From a virus: DNA of 64,000 nucleotides. Below the pieces are notes generated by a model, which saw only the letters and a program-made list of their open reading frames with translations, had not been told where the DNA came from and did no database searches. Made by a program: the position numbers and the translations under genes. Positions 9,356-19,646 of this stretch are shown one piece after another. The stretch lies in the IMG/VR virus record IMGVR_UViG_3300047094_002472. One strand, written 5' to 3'. Each line of letters opens with the position of its first letter. Positions within the stretch are counted from its first letter, which is position 1.

Positions 9356-10909
9356 ATGAATTCATGGGATTGTTTCGACACTTTGATAGCTAGATCTTTT
9401 CATAGTCCTAAATCTATTTTTGATATAGTGGGTAAAAAAATTGGAGATTTATCCTTTACGCAAAAAAGAATAGACGCTGAAAGACTCTCTAAGCACAAGA
9501 CATACGAAGATATATATGCACACTTACCACAATATGACTCCACACTAGAGATACAAACAGAAAAAGAGTATTCTTTTCCTATTTTAGAAAACTGGAATCG
9601 CGTAAAAGATGGAGATATTATTATCTCAGACATGTATTTATCGTCTTCGCAGATTCGAGACCTGCTAGACCATCACGGTTTCAATAAGGATATAAGAATT
9701 ATATCTACATATGGTGGTAAACATTCTGGAAGAGTATGGTCTTCTCTAAAAAACTCTAAAATTAATATTGAAAATCATTATGGGGATAATTTACATTCTG
9801 ATATCAAAATGTCTAGAAGTTTTGGTTTCAATAGTATTTTTTTTGGTGGCAATGAATTTACACAAGAAGAGCGGTACTTGAGCGACAATAATCAATATTT
9901 TTTAGCAGCTCTTATGCGTAGGGCTAGACTATCGAATCCATATTTTGCACCAAAGTCTTCGTTTATTCATAGTGCTGGTTCTTTTCAAAATATAGCTGGT
10001 CATGACTGGATTGAAGAAATCCATGGCCAAGTATATCTATATACTTTAAATAAAAATTTTGAAGACCATTTTCTTTTAAGAAACAAAAAATATAAGAATA
10101 CTTTTGTGAAACTATATTTCGACGGCACCAGTCTTGTTTGTCACGACGCACACACCTACACTCCTCTTTATAAAGGAATTTGGACTGAAGACCCATTAAA
10201 CTATGAATCCCCAACCCAGAGATTGATTTGGATAGATCAATCACAATTTAATTTGCCTATTTTAGTTTTAACAGCATTAGCCCTACCGACAGATAAAAAT
10301 TTAGTTTTTTCACAAAGAGATTGTTTATACCTTCGTCAAATATATAACATTCTGTTAGAAAAGAACTCTCCAATGCTAGAGGTTTGTCGCAGATCTTATC
10401 TTAAACCATTCAGTCAAGAATATATAAACTACATTATATCTACCACAAAAAATTCTACTATAGTTGATTCACATGGTAGCGGATACTCATCAAATATGTT
10501 CCTTCAAACATATAATCATACTTGCGATGTTTATCATATATTTAAACATTATTTAGACATGACACAAAAAAAACGTCTTGGATTCTTTGAAGACTTTGAG
10601 ATAGGACACCAAATGGAGTGTACTTCTTTAGGCGGAAGAACATGGTTTTGTCCTGGAAGATCATTTGAAAAATACAATATCCATGACACAGGAAGACTTA
10701 TCGGCTGGCAAAGCAATGCTCCTGTTAGAAATGTTCCCGAACATGATAAAATTATTGCCACAACTATTGAAAAAGCAATAAATAATACCTGCTCTTTCCT
10801 TCATCTGTATAAAGATTTGCTTGTAGTCAACAATGAAATACTGCCAACTCTAGCTAAAAAACTTAAGAATACTTTTACTGATATAGTGGTGAATACTATA
10901 GGAAAATAA
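9356..10909 (+). CDS. HAD-superfamily hydrolase-like protein of the type found in glycan loci
   Basis: SWDCFDTL motif I, ISDMYL, HYGDNLHSD motif IV. Confidence 0.75.
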   Translation: MNSWDCFDTLIARSFHSPKSIFDIVGKKIGDLSFTQKRIDAERLSKHKTYEDIYAHLPQYDSTLEIQTEKEYSFPILENWNRVKDGDIIISDMYLSSSQIRDLLDHHGFNKDIRIISTYGGKHSGRVWSSLKNSKINIENHYGDNLHSDIKMSRSFGFNSIFFGGNEFTQEERYLSDNNQYFLAALMRRARLSNPYFAPKSSFIHSAGSFQNIAGHDWIEEIHGQVYLYTLNKNFEDHFLLRNKKYKNTFVKLYFDGTSLVCHDAHTYTPLYKGIWTEDPLNYESPTQRLIWIDQSQFNLPILVLTALALPTDKNLVFSQRDCLYLRQIYNILLEKNSPMLEVCRRSYLKPFSQEYINYIISTTKNSTIVDSHGSGYSSNMFLQTYNHTCDVYHIFKHYLDMTQKKRLGFFEDFEIGHQMECTSLGGRTWFCPGRSFEKYNIHDTGRLIGWQSNAPVRNVPEHDKIIATTIEKAINNTCSFLHLYKDLLVVNNEILPTLAKKLKNTFTDIVVNTIGK

Positions 10910-10938
10910 ATTATTCTATACAACATAGATTCTTTTAA

Positions 10939-11784
10939 CTAAAGAATAGGCTTTCTATCAAATCTATCCAAAATATTCTTAAGACTACCGTTTGATCTGT
11001 CAATATTGAGAGCTAAAGCCCCGGCCAAGACTTGTTCCAATTTATCCTTTTTATTTATTCTTACCGGATGATCACCCAGCGCTACCACTGGAACACCTAA
11101 GATACCCGCCTCATATAAGCAAGTAGAGGATATTGATACTACAACAGACGCCTTAGAGGCTAGTTCTAAGAAGTCTGTACAGTCGGAATACTCCGCTCTG
11201 TTAAAACTTCTTTTTCTTTTAGAGTTTGGGTGTGCCTTGACTACAATCTTATTGTTTGGGTACATATATTCAACATGAGCAACAAATTCTTCCATATTAT
11301 TATAATGAGAATTATGTAGCACTTGGGTGTCGTTTTCTATTTGCATAGGAACCAGCACATATCCCTCATCTCTTAAAGGATATTTTGTTTGCAGTTCTTC
11401 TCTTTTAGAATACATAGAGTCGATATCTTGCTTGGTTATCCAAGATAAATCTTTACACAGAATAGAACTTCCACAGAATCCTAAAGGATCAACAAAAAAA
11501 TTGTCTGACTGTGGTAGCATACCCCATTCTAAATAGCATTTTGGTATACCTCTGAGTTCGCATATTTTAGATACTGATAATGCTGTATGCTGATAGCCAT
11601 TCCAAATAACAGCAAAATTTGCATACTTGATCTTATCTGCTGATTTAAAGACCTCATTCTTAATACCTTCCCACCAGTAATCGCACTCGTATTCATTAGC
11701 AAATCTCTTAATAAGATTTACTTCTCTCTCATTATTAAAACCACAATGAACAACAAATGGCTTTTTGGTAGATTTATCTTCCAT
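10939..11784 (-). CDS. Capsule polysaccharide KpsC/KpsS-like (GT-B) protein
   Basis: LEWGMLP, VPMQIENDTQV, VKAHP, SSTCLYEAGILGVPV. Confidence 0.8.
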   Translation of the reverse strand: MEDKSTKKPFVVHCGFNNEREVNLIKRFANEYECDYWWEGIKNEVFKSADKIKYANFAVIWNGYQHTALSVSKICELRGIPKCYLEWGMLPQSDNFFVDPLGFCGSSILCKDLSWITKQDIDSMYSKREELQTKYPLRDEGYVLVPMQIENDTQVLHNSHYNNMEEFVAHVEYMYPNNKIVVKAHPNSKRKRSFNRAEYSDCTDFLELASKASVVVSISSTCLYEAGILGVPVVALGDHPVRINKKDKLEQVLAGALALNIDRSNGSLKNILDRFDRKPIL

Positions 11785-12673
11785 ACGATCCTATGACTCT
11801 TCCCTTTTGAGTTCTGACTACAAACCCCATCCTAACTAGAAATGGCTCTATACTATTCTCTATAGTCTCTATTGCAATACCAGTCAAAGAAGAAATACTC
11901 TTAAGTCCAAGGGGATTACCTTTATGCTTGACTAGTATATCTAAATACATTCTATCATAAAGATCTAGCCCGTTCCCATCTACCCCCTGACTATTAAATA
12001 TATCGTCTACTCCCATATTCTTATCTTTATAGTATGCGACACAATTTTTGTACCACTGAAGTCTACCATTAAGGATTCTAGGAGTTCCCTTGCTTCTTTT
12101 CGCTATTTCTAGTGCGGTATCCTGGTCTAAATCTATTCCTAGCTTTTTAGCGTTCAATTCGGCTAGTTTAGCAAGATCATCGTGGCTATAAAAAGAAAGA
12201 TGTTCCTTAATCTGAAAACGATCATAAAAGGGCTGACTAAGACTACCACCACTTGTTGTGGCTCCAACCAAAGTAAATGCCGGAATATCTATTTGTTCTG
12301 GTTTATCTTCTACCATTATACTAAGAACAAAGTCTTCCATTACTGGATATAGAAATTCTTCTACTAGTTTTGGTAATCTATGAATCTCGTCTATAAAAAG
12401 AACAGATCTTGGTGCCATACCCATTAAGTACGGAAGTATATTCTTTACGCTTCTTACGTTTGCCGCGTTGAGAGTATATAGGTTGACTTCCATCTCGTTT
12501 GCTATGGCACTCGCTATAGTGGTCTTGCCTAGCCCCGGAGGGCCGTCTATTAAAACATGAGGCATCACACCACCAGAGTTTTTACAACCCACCACAGAGA
12601 CTCTGAGCCGCTCCACAACATCTTGCTGACCAACAACATCATCAAATCTCGTTGGTCTAATAATACTAGCCAT
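11774..12673 (-). CDS. ruvB: Holliday junction branch-migration ATPase RuvB
   Basis: RPTRFDDVVGQ, GPPGLGKTT, FIDEIHRL, LVGATT, GTPR, EPFLV...RTQKGR; ATG 12673 follows GGAGGA. Confidence 0.93.
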   Translation of the reverse strand: MASIIRPTRFDDVVGQQDVVERLRVSVVGCKNSGGVMPHVLIDGPPGLGKTTIASAIANEMEVNLYTLNAANVRSVKNILPYLMGMAPRSVLFIDEIHRLPKLVEEFLYPVMEDFVLSIMVEDKPEQIDIPAFTLVGATTSGGSLSQPFYDRFQIKEHLSFYSHDDLAKLAELNAKKLGIDLDQDTALEIAKRSKGTPRILNGRLQWYKNCVAYYKDKNMGVDDIFNSQGVDGNGLDLYDRMYLDILVKHKGNPLGLKSISSLTGIAIETIENSIEPFLVRMGFVVRTQKGRVIGSYGR

Positions 12674-13112
12674 GCTTTCCTCCAAATGTTTCCAATGTAT
12701 ATTTAACTAAGTTGCCAATATCTTCGGTCTTTATTTTGTCATATGCGTCTACCAGAAGTTCTCTAGCCTCTTTATCGGTAAAACCATACGTACTTAATAT
12801 TTTAGCAGACCTGTCTAGTAGGTCAATCGGAATTTTAACAACTTCTCTATCCTCTGACTCTGGCTTTTTGTTAACGATCTCCGTATCGACAGGGATTTCT
12901 TTTTTGGTTTTAGGTTTACTATAAAGGATCTTTATCTTAGATATTCTTTTTGGTTGAAAAACAGTTCCGCAATCACAAACAACTTTGAAGTTTTTTGTTT
13001 GAGTCTCTTTAAGAGATAGCCAGTGCTGTATGGTACATTCTGTGTTTGGACACTCATATTTAAAATGAGCGTCTAGACTAATCGGTTTCAGGCTTCTCTT
13101 TTTTGTTTTCAT
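12666..13112 (-). CDS. Zn-ribbon protein with a RuvA C-terminal (domain III)-like helical bundle
   Basis: CPNTEC...H...CDCG at N-terminus; LSTYGFTDKEARELL...EDIGNLVKYTL resembles RuvA_C; overlaps the ruvB start. Confidence 0.6.
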   Translation of the reverse strand: MKTKKRSLKPISLDAHFKYECPNTECTIQHWLSLKETQTKNFKVVCDCGTVFQPKRISKIKILYSKPKTKKEIPVDTEIVNKKPESEDREVVKIPIDLLDRSAKILSTYGFTDKEARELLVDAYDKIKTEDIGNLVKYTLETFGGKHG

Positions 13113-13500
13113 CTTTTGTCCAAAATACGAAGTCATTAAGTTCGTCATCATACGCAGACTCTATCAGACCTTGCTTACTTAAGTTTGCCAACAGGTTGCT
13201 GACAAGTCTAGAGTTTAAAGCCTCAAGAATATCAGCAAATATTTTCTCATCAATAATATATCTTACCTCTTTGGTATTCTTGTTTACCTGCTTTTTAGCA
13301 TTTTGCTCAACAATAACCAAAGATTCTTTTTGTGTTAAAACAGAATTCAGTTCTTTTATATCTTCCTCAGAAGCGCCTGTTAGAAGTTCAGTAAAATCAT
13401 CTGCATTTTCTATCATGTCCTTACCGAAACTATTAAAAACAACTAACCTAGCACTATCTGTAAACTTTTCTATATTGTCGATAATAAATTTTTGACTCAT
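13078..13500 (-). CDS. Hypothetical protein (paralog of 28943-29344)
   Basis: Shared YI.DE..F...L.L...G..E.A.DDE...FW. Confidence 0.7.
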   Translation of the reverse strand: MSQKFIIDNIEKFTDSARLVVFNSFGKDMIENADDFTELLTGASEEDIKELNSVLTQKESLVIVEQNAKKQVNKNTKEVRYIIDEKIFADILEALNSRLVSNLLANLSKQGLIESAYDDELNDFVFWTKDENKKEKPETD

Positions 13501-13733
13501 AATGAGTACGTGCCTCCTTCATTAGTATACTCCGTCCAGTTCAAAGCGGCAGAATATATTGGCTTATATACTATGGTCTCAGAACCATTATACTCGATAA
13601 CTTGCATAACACAATCTTGTAGTTCGTTAATTCTAACTTCTATTTCTTTTATTGCTTCTTGTCTAGATAGTACAGTTATCATATCCCCAGACGAGAAAAA
13701 TAGTTTAAACTTCACATTAGTTGAGTATGTCAT
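13497..13733 (-). CDS. Hypothetical protein
   Basis: ORF with SD-like AAGGGA, coupled to the next gene. Confidence 0.5.
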   Translation of the reverse strand: MTYSTNVKFKLFFSSGDMITVLSRQEAIKEIEVRINELQDCVMQVIEYNGSETIVYKPIYSAALNWTEYTNEGGTYSL

Positions 13734-14169
13734 ACAGTCCCTTGTAATAGTTTGGTTGCTTGACAAAATATGCTGCATATTGCTGTATATGTTTAGTATA
13801 AATATTTAGCAGTTTATCTTCCACGAAATGCTTTGCTTTATATATTGGTTCGTTGTACTGATTGTTCCCCAAATACAGGAGGGAGTTTCCTCCACCCACT
13901 GTATTGGAGACCCAATCAGTCACAGGTAACGAAACAAACGGAAAGTCTGTAGTATTATTAATTTTATACCAATCATTTGAGTGGCCCGGTGGATTGTTAA
14001 TTAGATTGTCTATCATTTTCTGAACCCACTCTGATATAGGGCCACTACTAACATCAAACTTAAAATAAAATTTATTCCAGTCTGATTCTTGCTGACCCTG
14101 ATCATAGTCATGACTATCATCGTAGTCATCTTCATAATAGTCTTCATAATCATCATATGGTTCGTGCAT
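13717..14169 (-). CDS. Hypothetical protein, acidic N-terminus
   Basis: ORF in operon context. Confidence 0.6.
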   Translation of the reverse strand: MHEPYDDYEDYYEDDYDDSHDYDQGQQESDWNKFYFKFDVSSGPISEWVQKMIDNLINNPPGHSNDWYKINNTTDFPFVSLPVTDWVSNTVGGGNSLLYLGNNQYNEPIYKAKHFVEDKLLNIYTKHIQQYAAYFVKQPNYYKGLYDILN

Positions 14170-14172
14170 ATA

Positions 14173-15240
14173 TTATCCAATACAAAATTTATCACTAATT
14201 TGAGCAGCAAGATCTTTGGCAGAACTAGCCAAAAAACGATTGTTACTAAAGTATAGTGCTGTGGATGCTTGGTTTAGGTACTCGACAACTGTTTTTAAAA
14301 GTTTGATCTGTGATCCATCAAGGTTTATATCCTCTTCTGGCAGAGCATCGTGTGCATCCTTAGACCCGTCCTCATCGCCTACAAATCTGTCACCATAAAC
14401 AGACTGAACAAGCATTGGATCGCCATAAGCCCTCATCTGATTCAGAATATCTGTTGCAACATTTACTGATACAGGAACACCGGTAATATCGGACTTCTTA
14501 TAAGCCTTGGAATATTCCTTAAACCATTCGTCACTAGTCTTATTGGCTACAAGATTAACAAGAGCAGAAACACCATCAAGAGCTTGTTTAAGATGTTCAA
14601 TATTTACCGGGTTACCATTTGATCCCGACAAAATACTAGTAAAATAAGGCTGCTTTCCCTCCCAGGCTTTTCTCCACCAAGTATATGGGATTCGATAAAT
14701 CTGATTAATTTTGATGGCTCGGGCATCACCCTCAAAGTGGTTTACCAGTTTCTTTTGAATACCACTCCAATAAGTCTTGTTAGGACTATTAGCGTTTGGG
14801 TTTAGAATCCAATAGCACTGATAACCATTGCGAGTATCAACAACCCAACTTGGCTTGACAGGAAAGTTATTAATCTTATTCAAGAATTCCTTCTTCTTTC
14901 GCATAACAATACTAGGCTTGAAATAAGACCCCTTATCGTCTCGTCCAGCATCCATATCAACAAAACAAGCACGAATCCTGCTAATAGCATATTGCTTGCG
15001 ACCACCATTAACATAAAAATAAGCATCGGCACCCTGACTATCATTTGCAATAGCAACAGTAGTAAGATGATCCGTATGATTCATACTACTGATCTTCTTG
15101 CGAGGATCACCGTTATAACAGAAAATATGCTGACCACCAAAAGAAGCCAAAAACTTATTTCTCAATGCTATCTGAGTATCTGTTCCAATAGCACTATGAG
15201 TCTTATCGAACGGATTAAAAGCCAAAGTATCGCTAAACAT
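14173..15240 (-). CDS. RepB-type DNA primase (AEP superfamily)
   Basis: RACFVDMD, PSWVVDTRNGYQCYW, D.RA...NQIYRIP. Confidence 0.75.
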   Translation of the reverse strand: MFSDTLAFNPFDKTHSAIGTDTQIALRNKFLASFGGQHIFCYNGDPRKKISSMNHTDHLTTVAIANDSQGADAYFYVNGGRKQYAISRIRACFVDMDAGRDDKGSYFKPSIVMRKKKEFLNKINNFPVKPSWVVDTRNGYQCYWILNPNANSPNKTYWSGIQKKLVNHFEGDARAIKINQIYRIPYTWWRKAWEGKQPYFTSILSGSNGNPVNIEHLKQALDGVSALVNLVANKTSDEWFKEYSKAYKKSDITGVPVSVNVATDILNQMRAYGDPMLVQSVYGDRFVGDEDGSKDAHDALPEEDINLDGSQIKLLKTVVEYLNQASTALYFSNNRFLASSAKDLAAQISDKFCIG

Positions 15241-15319
15241 CTGTTTTCCCTTTTCCAAACTACTAACTACATTTTCGATATTGGGATAGTGAACATCGCT
15301 ATCAAGAGCAATATCTAAA

Positions 15320-15396
15320 AGATGGCCGAGAGAATCGAACCCTCGTTATTAGCAACACAAACTATTAGATACTGCTAATAAGATCCACACGCCACC
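15320..15396 (-). ncRNA. tRNA-like element (acceptor stem and T-arm, no D-stem, long stem in place of the anticodon arm)
   Basis: GGTGGC/GCCATC; GAGGG-TTCGATT-CTCTC; TTATTAGCA/TGCTAATAA with an 18-nt loop. Confidence 0.55.
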
Positions 15397-15407
15397 TTGA
15401 CTATTAA

Positions 15408-16268
15408 TCAATACTGATTATCGTAATCCTCGTCCTCGTAATCTTCTTCATCTTCTTCGTCGAACTGACCCCAATAACTTTCATCATAGTCATTAAGATA
15501 ATCATCCTCATCATCCTCATACTCGTCCTGAGTAAAATCGGCTGAATAAAGAGGCTTGAGTAGTTCGCCTTCGTATTCCCCAACCACTTCATATCGACAG
15601 GTACGAAGTTTTTCACAATTACAGTCGCTTGGAACGCTTACCACATCCTTGGGATTGATTTTAACAATCACGATACGATCACCGCTTTCCACACTACCAT
15701 AACTAGCAACATAATTTAATGCACCAGCATGGAGACCATCAGAGCATCCACGACTACGATTATCGTCCACCTTTGCTCGTTGCATACTAACTACCTGACC
15801 AACACTGTTATCAAATACCCCACGGTACTTATCCTTATAATCTGAACGAACAGCCTTATAGGCGAGGAAGTGACCGTCCTCCGTAATAGGCAGATGTTCA
15901 TGCTCCAAGAAATCATAGAGTTCCTTTTGACTCTGCATACTTGGATTCTCCATAAGATTATTTAGAAAGGTCACAAGCGGTTCAAAGGGCAGACCCTTGC
16001 TCATAAACTCAAGGATACGCTTACTGATACTGCCGTGAACAACTTCACCCTCATAAGTAACTTGTCCATTCTTGATCTCGACCAAACCATCACTAAAATT
16101 AGCAACAGCCTTTTCTACATCAACAATATCCAAGAGTTCTTCTGCGGTTGCTGTGGGCAGAGCCTCAAGGATCATCTTGTAGTTAATATGATCCGGCAAC
16201 ACCTGATAACTCTGGTTATTAAGAACCAGCGTCAAATTACCATCGACAAACATAAAAGGAACAGCCAT
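15408..16268 (-). CDS. rIIB: rIIB-like protein
   Basis: FLAYKAVR...VDDNR..GCSDGLHAG...KINPKDVVSVP.D...KLRTCRYEV; directly after rIIA. Confidence 0.88.
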   Translation of the reverse strand: MAVPFMFVDGNLTLVLNNQSYQVLPDHINYKMILEALPTATAEELLDIVDVEKAVANFSDGLVEIKNGQVTYEGEVVHGSISKRILEFMSKGLPFEPLVTFLNNLMENPSMQSQKELYDFLEHEHLPITEDGHFLAYKAVRSDYKDKYRGVFDNSVGQVVSMQRAKVDDNRSRGCSDGLHAGALNYVASYGSVESGDRIVIVKINPKDVVSVPSDCNCEKLRTCRYEVVGEYEGELLKPLYSADFTQDEYEDDEDDYLNDYDESYWGQFDEEDEEDYEDEDYDNQY

Positions 16269-16293
16269 TTTAATTCTCCTATTACCTGTGAAA

Positions 16294-18981
16294 TTACCTA
16301 ATTAAACTACTCAACTGAATCTTAAACAAATCAACATTGTCTTGACTCATTTGACTAAACCAATCTTTACCATTATTATTGTAATAACTATTTCGCTCAT
16401 CAAGTTGATTGATCGGGTTCTTGTTAGTTTTGAGTTCTCGCAGGTTCCCGCTAACTTGGTGACTACCAAGAATATACTTTAGCATCGGGTTCTTGTCAAC
16501 CTCCGCTTTAATATTTTCTCTAATCTCACTAATTTTTGGCAGAGTATACTTCTCGGATACTTCCGTCTTGATTATTTTGGCATACTCAATAGCCAGAGTA
16601 GCCTTGTCCCCACCGTATAGTCTGTTTTCGATAGTTTGTAGCAGATAATTGTACGCAACATTACCATTACGAATCTGGTTACTGTCAACGTCTTTAATGC
16701 CAAGATCACTCAACAGTTTTGTCATATGGTTTAGGTAATCCGTTTCATTGAATCTGGTTATAGCAAACTTAGAATCATGAACAGTATGGGCAAAGAACTC
16801 CAAAATCATGGTATTATCAACTGCTTCTGACAGTTTCTTGTTGCTAATAAATTTACCATAGTCTAACCCAAAGATATTGAGCATATGGAACATAAACTGT
16901 CTATCCACAGACCCATAGTTATAGTACCTATAGGAGTCGGACTTTTCTTGCTTTTCATACTCTCTCTTGGCATACTCAATAATAGCGTTGTACGAGGCAA
17001 TATTTTTAAAATGCTTCTGTGCAACAACCTTGAGTTGACGCTTTAGAAACTCATTGAAATTAGTAAGTGTATGACCATCGTTTTCAAGTTTAGCGACAAA
17101 CGCACTCTTGATAGCATAGATCTTATTTTTTCCAATCAAGTCCTTCATTATATGCTTGATATGATCGTCATGTAGTGTGAGAGAAATATCTGCGATCTCT
17201 GGAAAGCCAGAACCCTCTTGAGACTTATATCTTACCATAGGCACATAAACAATCTCGTCTGTTTCCAGAAAGTCATTCAACTGATCTTCCGATAGCATCT
17301 TAAGACACTGAGCATCGTTATACGGATTACTAATGCTCTTGCTCTTGGCGTCTGCCCCATAGATGAAAAATACATCTTGGTCGCTGACACTACCCTTGCT
17401 ATTTCTAGCGGACTGCTTTCTTGGGCCGGAATTTTGGGTTAGATGCTTATAGTCAGAGACTTTAAGAATGTTATCCTCGCCCACATCCTTTCGCAACTTA
17501 TCAAAACCTTCGTGACTTTGGGTATAATCCTTACTATCAAGCATCATATACGCAAAGCAATCGTTCTGATTACAATATCTTGTGATAATCTTTTTGGCTG
17601 TTTCTTCGCTCTTAACATCACAAACAAAGAAAGCCATGCTACCATTCTTCTTGGTGGAATTCCAGTAAGAATATCCCTTGCCAGTCAAGGTTTCGTGATG
17701 AATCTTATCTGTGAGAGCAACAAGCCTACGAGAACGGTAGCCGCTGCTCTTATAGTTAAAGACATACAGACTCTTACCGGCTGGGATTTTATACTCAAGA
17801 TCATTACCAGAATTAATCTGATGCTCCTTGCCGGTATCATCCTTCCAAGATGCACCAACACCCCAACCGCCCGCCAATTCATTCATTGTATAATACAGAC
17901 TGATGGCTTCTACCTTGGTTTTGGCGGCGGCGATCTTTTTGGAGAATTCCTCCTTCATTTCCATATAGATGTCTTGAGTCTTTTGACGCAGCGTTTTAAT
18001 AACCTGCTTCGTATACTGCAAGCCTTCTCTAGAAACGTCCATTTCCAATTCGCCAATTCCAAAATCCAGTTCAAGATAGAGACCCGAGTGAATGATCTCT
18101 CCAATAAAACTCTTCCAACTATCAATATCCGCCTTCTGGAAAGCACGATTCCACCTCTGGATATGATCTGGAGTATCCTCTTTCTCTTGCCCAACAATTT
18201 GTGCAGTATGCACAGGATATGCGATATTGCCCATGATAGCCACAACGCCGCTATCAATACGATGATAATTATTAGGATAATACTGACTATCGTTATTAAG
18301 TCTACAGACTCTCCATCCAGTACCACTGATTACAATATTGGTATTGCTATACTTATGGTCTTGGAGATTTGGTGCAACACCACCCTCAATAATAGGCTTC
18401 ATTCGGAAATAATGAAAAATCCTCATAGCCTTGTTAGTAAACTCAGCAAAATCCTGCTGCTTAACAGCAAAACTAATTTCAAGACCGTTTGGTTCTTTTG
18501 TGTCGGAAGTATTAAAAAGATTCAGAGTAGGAACACCACTATCATCAATAGCAGCGATATACGTATACTTCTTGCCGTTAAAATAAGACGCAGTAGTAAA
18601 ACTTTTTGTATATGCAAACGGACTCTTAGACCCTAGACCCAAGCACCCCACAAAATCATTGCTATCGTTCTTATTTGAAGCACCGTAGGTAGTATACAGG
18701 TTCTCCATATCTTCCTGACTAAGACCAGTGCCATAGTCTCGCACCATAAAAGTAGGATTGGCAGCGGTAGGAAGAAATACCTTAAAGGGATTCTTATTTC
18801 CGGCAGAAATATGGCTATCATAAGCATTGGTTGAAAGTTCACGAATAGCGGCCATTACTTTATCGGAATAAAGAGAGTCCGACAAAATCTTAAACATCTT
18901 GCTCGTCTGAGCGATATTAAACTGGTTCTTGCTAGAAACTCCAGAACTGTGAGTTTCGATTGTACGATCTGCCAACTTCAT
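16294..18981 (-). CDS. rIIA: rIIA-like protein with N-terminal GHKL ATPase
   Basis: ILSDSLYSDK, IRELSTNAYDS, RDYGTG, GLGSKSPFAY, SREGLQY. Confidence 0.9.
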   Translation of the reverse strand: MKLADRTIETHSSGVSSKNQFNIAQTSKMFKILSDSLYSDKVMAAIRELSTNAYDSHISAGNKNPFKVFLPTAANPTFMVRDYGTGLSQEDMENLYTTYGASNKNDSNDFVGCLGLGSKSPFAYTKSFTTASYFNGKKYTYIAAIDDSGVPTLNLFNTSDTKEPNGLEISFAVKQQDFAEFTNKAMRIFHYFRMKPIIEGGVAPNLQDHKYSNTNIVISGTGWRVCRLNNDSQYYPNNYHRIDSGVVAIMGNIAYPVHTAQIVGQEKEDTPDHIQRWNRAFQKADIDSWKSFIGEIIHSGLYLELDFGIGELEMDVSREGLQYTKQVIKTLRQKTQDIYMEMKEEFSKKIAAAKTKVEAISLYYTMNELAGGWGVGASWKDDTGKEHQINSGNDLEYKIPAGKSLYVFNYKSSGYRSRRLVALTDKIHHETLTGKGYSYWNSTKKNGSMAFFVCDVKSEETAKKIITRYCNQNDCFAYMMLDSKDYTQSHEGFDKLRKDVGEDNILKVSDYKHLTQNSGPRKQSARNSKGSVSDQDVFFIYGADAKSKSISNPYNDAQCLKMLSEDQLNDFLETDEIVYVPMVRYKSQEGSGFPEIADISLTLHDDHIKHIMKDLIGKNKIYAIKSAFVAKLENDGHTLTNFNEFLKRQLKVVAQKHFKNIASYNAIIEYAKREYEKQEKSDSYRYYNYGSVDRQFMFHMLNIFGLDYGKFISNKKLSEAVDNTMILEFFAHTVHDSKFAITRFNETDYLNHMTKLLSDLGIKDVDSNQIRNGNVAYNYLLQTIENRLYGGDKATLAIEYAKIIKTEVSEKYTLPKISEIRENIKAEVDKNPMLKYILGSHQVSGNLRELKTNKNPINQLDERNSYYNNNGKDWFSQMSQDNVDLFKIQLSSLIR

Positions 18982-19021
18982 CTTTGTTCTCCAAAAGTGT
19001 TATCGTTCCTGTGATAGCGTA

Positions 19022-19056
19022 AGTATAGCATCGGCAATCCGGCTTGTCAACCTTTA
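19022..19056 (-). promoter_or_regulatory. Composite sigma70 / sigma28-like promoter for rIIA
   Basis: TTGACA-17-TATACT overlapped by TAAAG-16-GCCGATGC. Confidence 0.7.
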
Positions 19057-19074
19057 ATCGTTCGCCTCGTCAAA

Positions 19075-19314
19075 TTATTTCCTTATCCGGTTATTAATAG
19101 ACAAGACTCCTAATAATAGAGATAAAATACCAACATATCTTACTGCTGGTATTGGCAATAGAAAAAACCATAAACCAGAAAATATGGTTATAATAGAAAA
19201 TAAGACTACAAACCAAGTTGGTATAAAAGAACAGCCACTAATAACAAAACAAAATGGCCCAGAAAATAAAATCCATAAAAAAATGATTGATACGAATAAT
19301 GCCAAACTAAACAT
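19075..19314 (-). CDS. Small multi-pass membrane protein
   Basis: Three hydrophobic segments. Confidence 0.55.
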   Translation of the reverse strand: MFSLALFVSIIFLWILFSGPFCFVISGCSFIPTWFVVLFSIITIFSGLWFFLLPIPAVRYVGILSLLLGVLSINNRIRK

Positions 19315-19325
19315 TTATATATTCA

Positions 19326-19646
19326 TTAGTTATCTAAATCATCATCCTCTAATGAATTCCTCCATTCTTCATTGTCGTGAATCCAACCCTCATTTGATTC
19401 GTATTCTTCATCTTCGTTCATATCTTCTTCGCCTATCTCTGCTGCGTCCTCTAGAAATAATGTGATTGTCATCATCATTTCCATAAGAGTATCTAACTTA
19501 TTGATCATTAAGTTGATCTGTTTTTTCATAGCGTCAACATCTTTGCTTAACGCCGCTATTTCTTTAGAGTTTTTTGTTTCCACTTGGGATATCTCTCTAT
19601 GGTTTTTGTTGATTTCTTTCAGAATATCATTAATTTCTTTAGACAC
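19326..19646 (-). CDS. Coiled-coil hypothetical protein
   Basis: GTG start after AAGGAG; heptad pattern; acidic tail. Confidence 0.65.
   Translation of the reverse strand: MSKEINDILKEINKNHREISQVETKNSKEIAALSKDVDAMKKQINLMINKLDTLMEMMMTITLFLEDAAEIGEEDMNEDEEYESNEGWIHDNEEWRNSLEDDDLDN

Noticed and set aside
17443-18636. 397-aa plus-strand ORF
   Set aside because: Lies antisense within rIIA, has no motifs, and is explained by codon bias.
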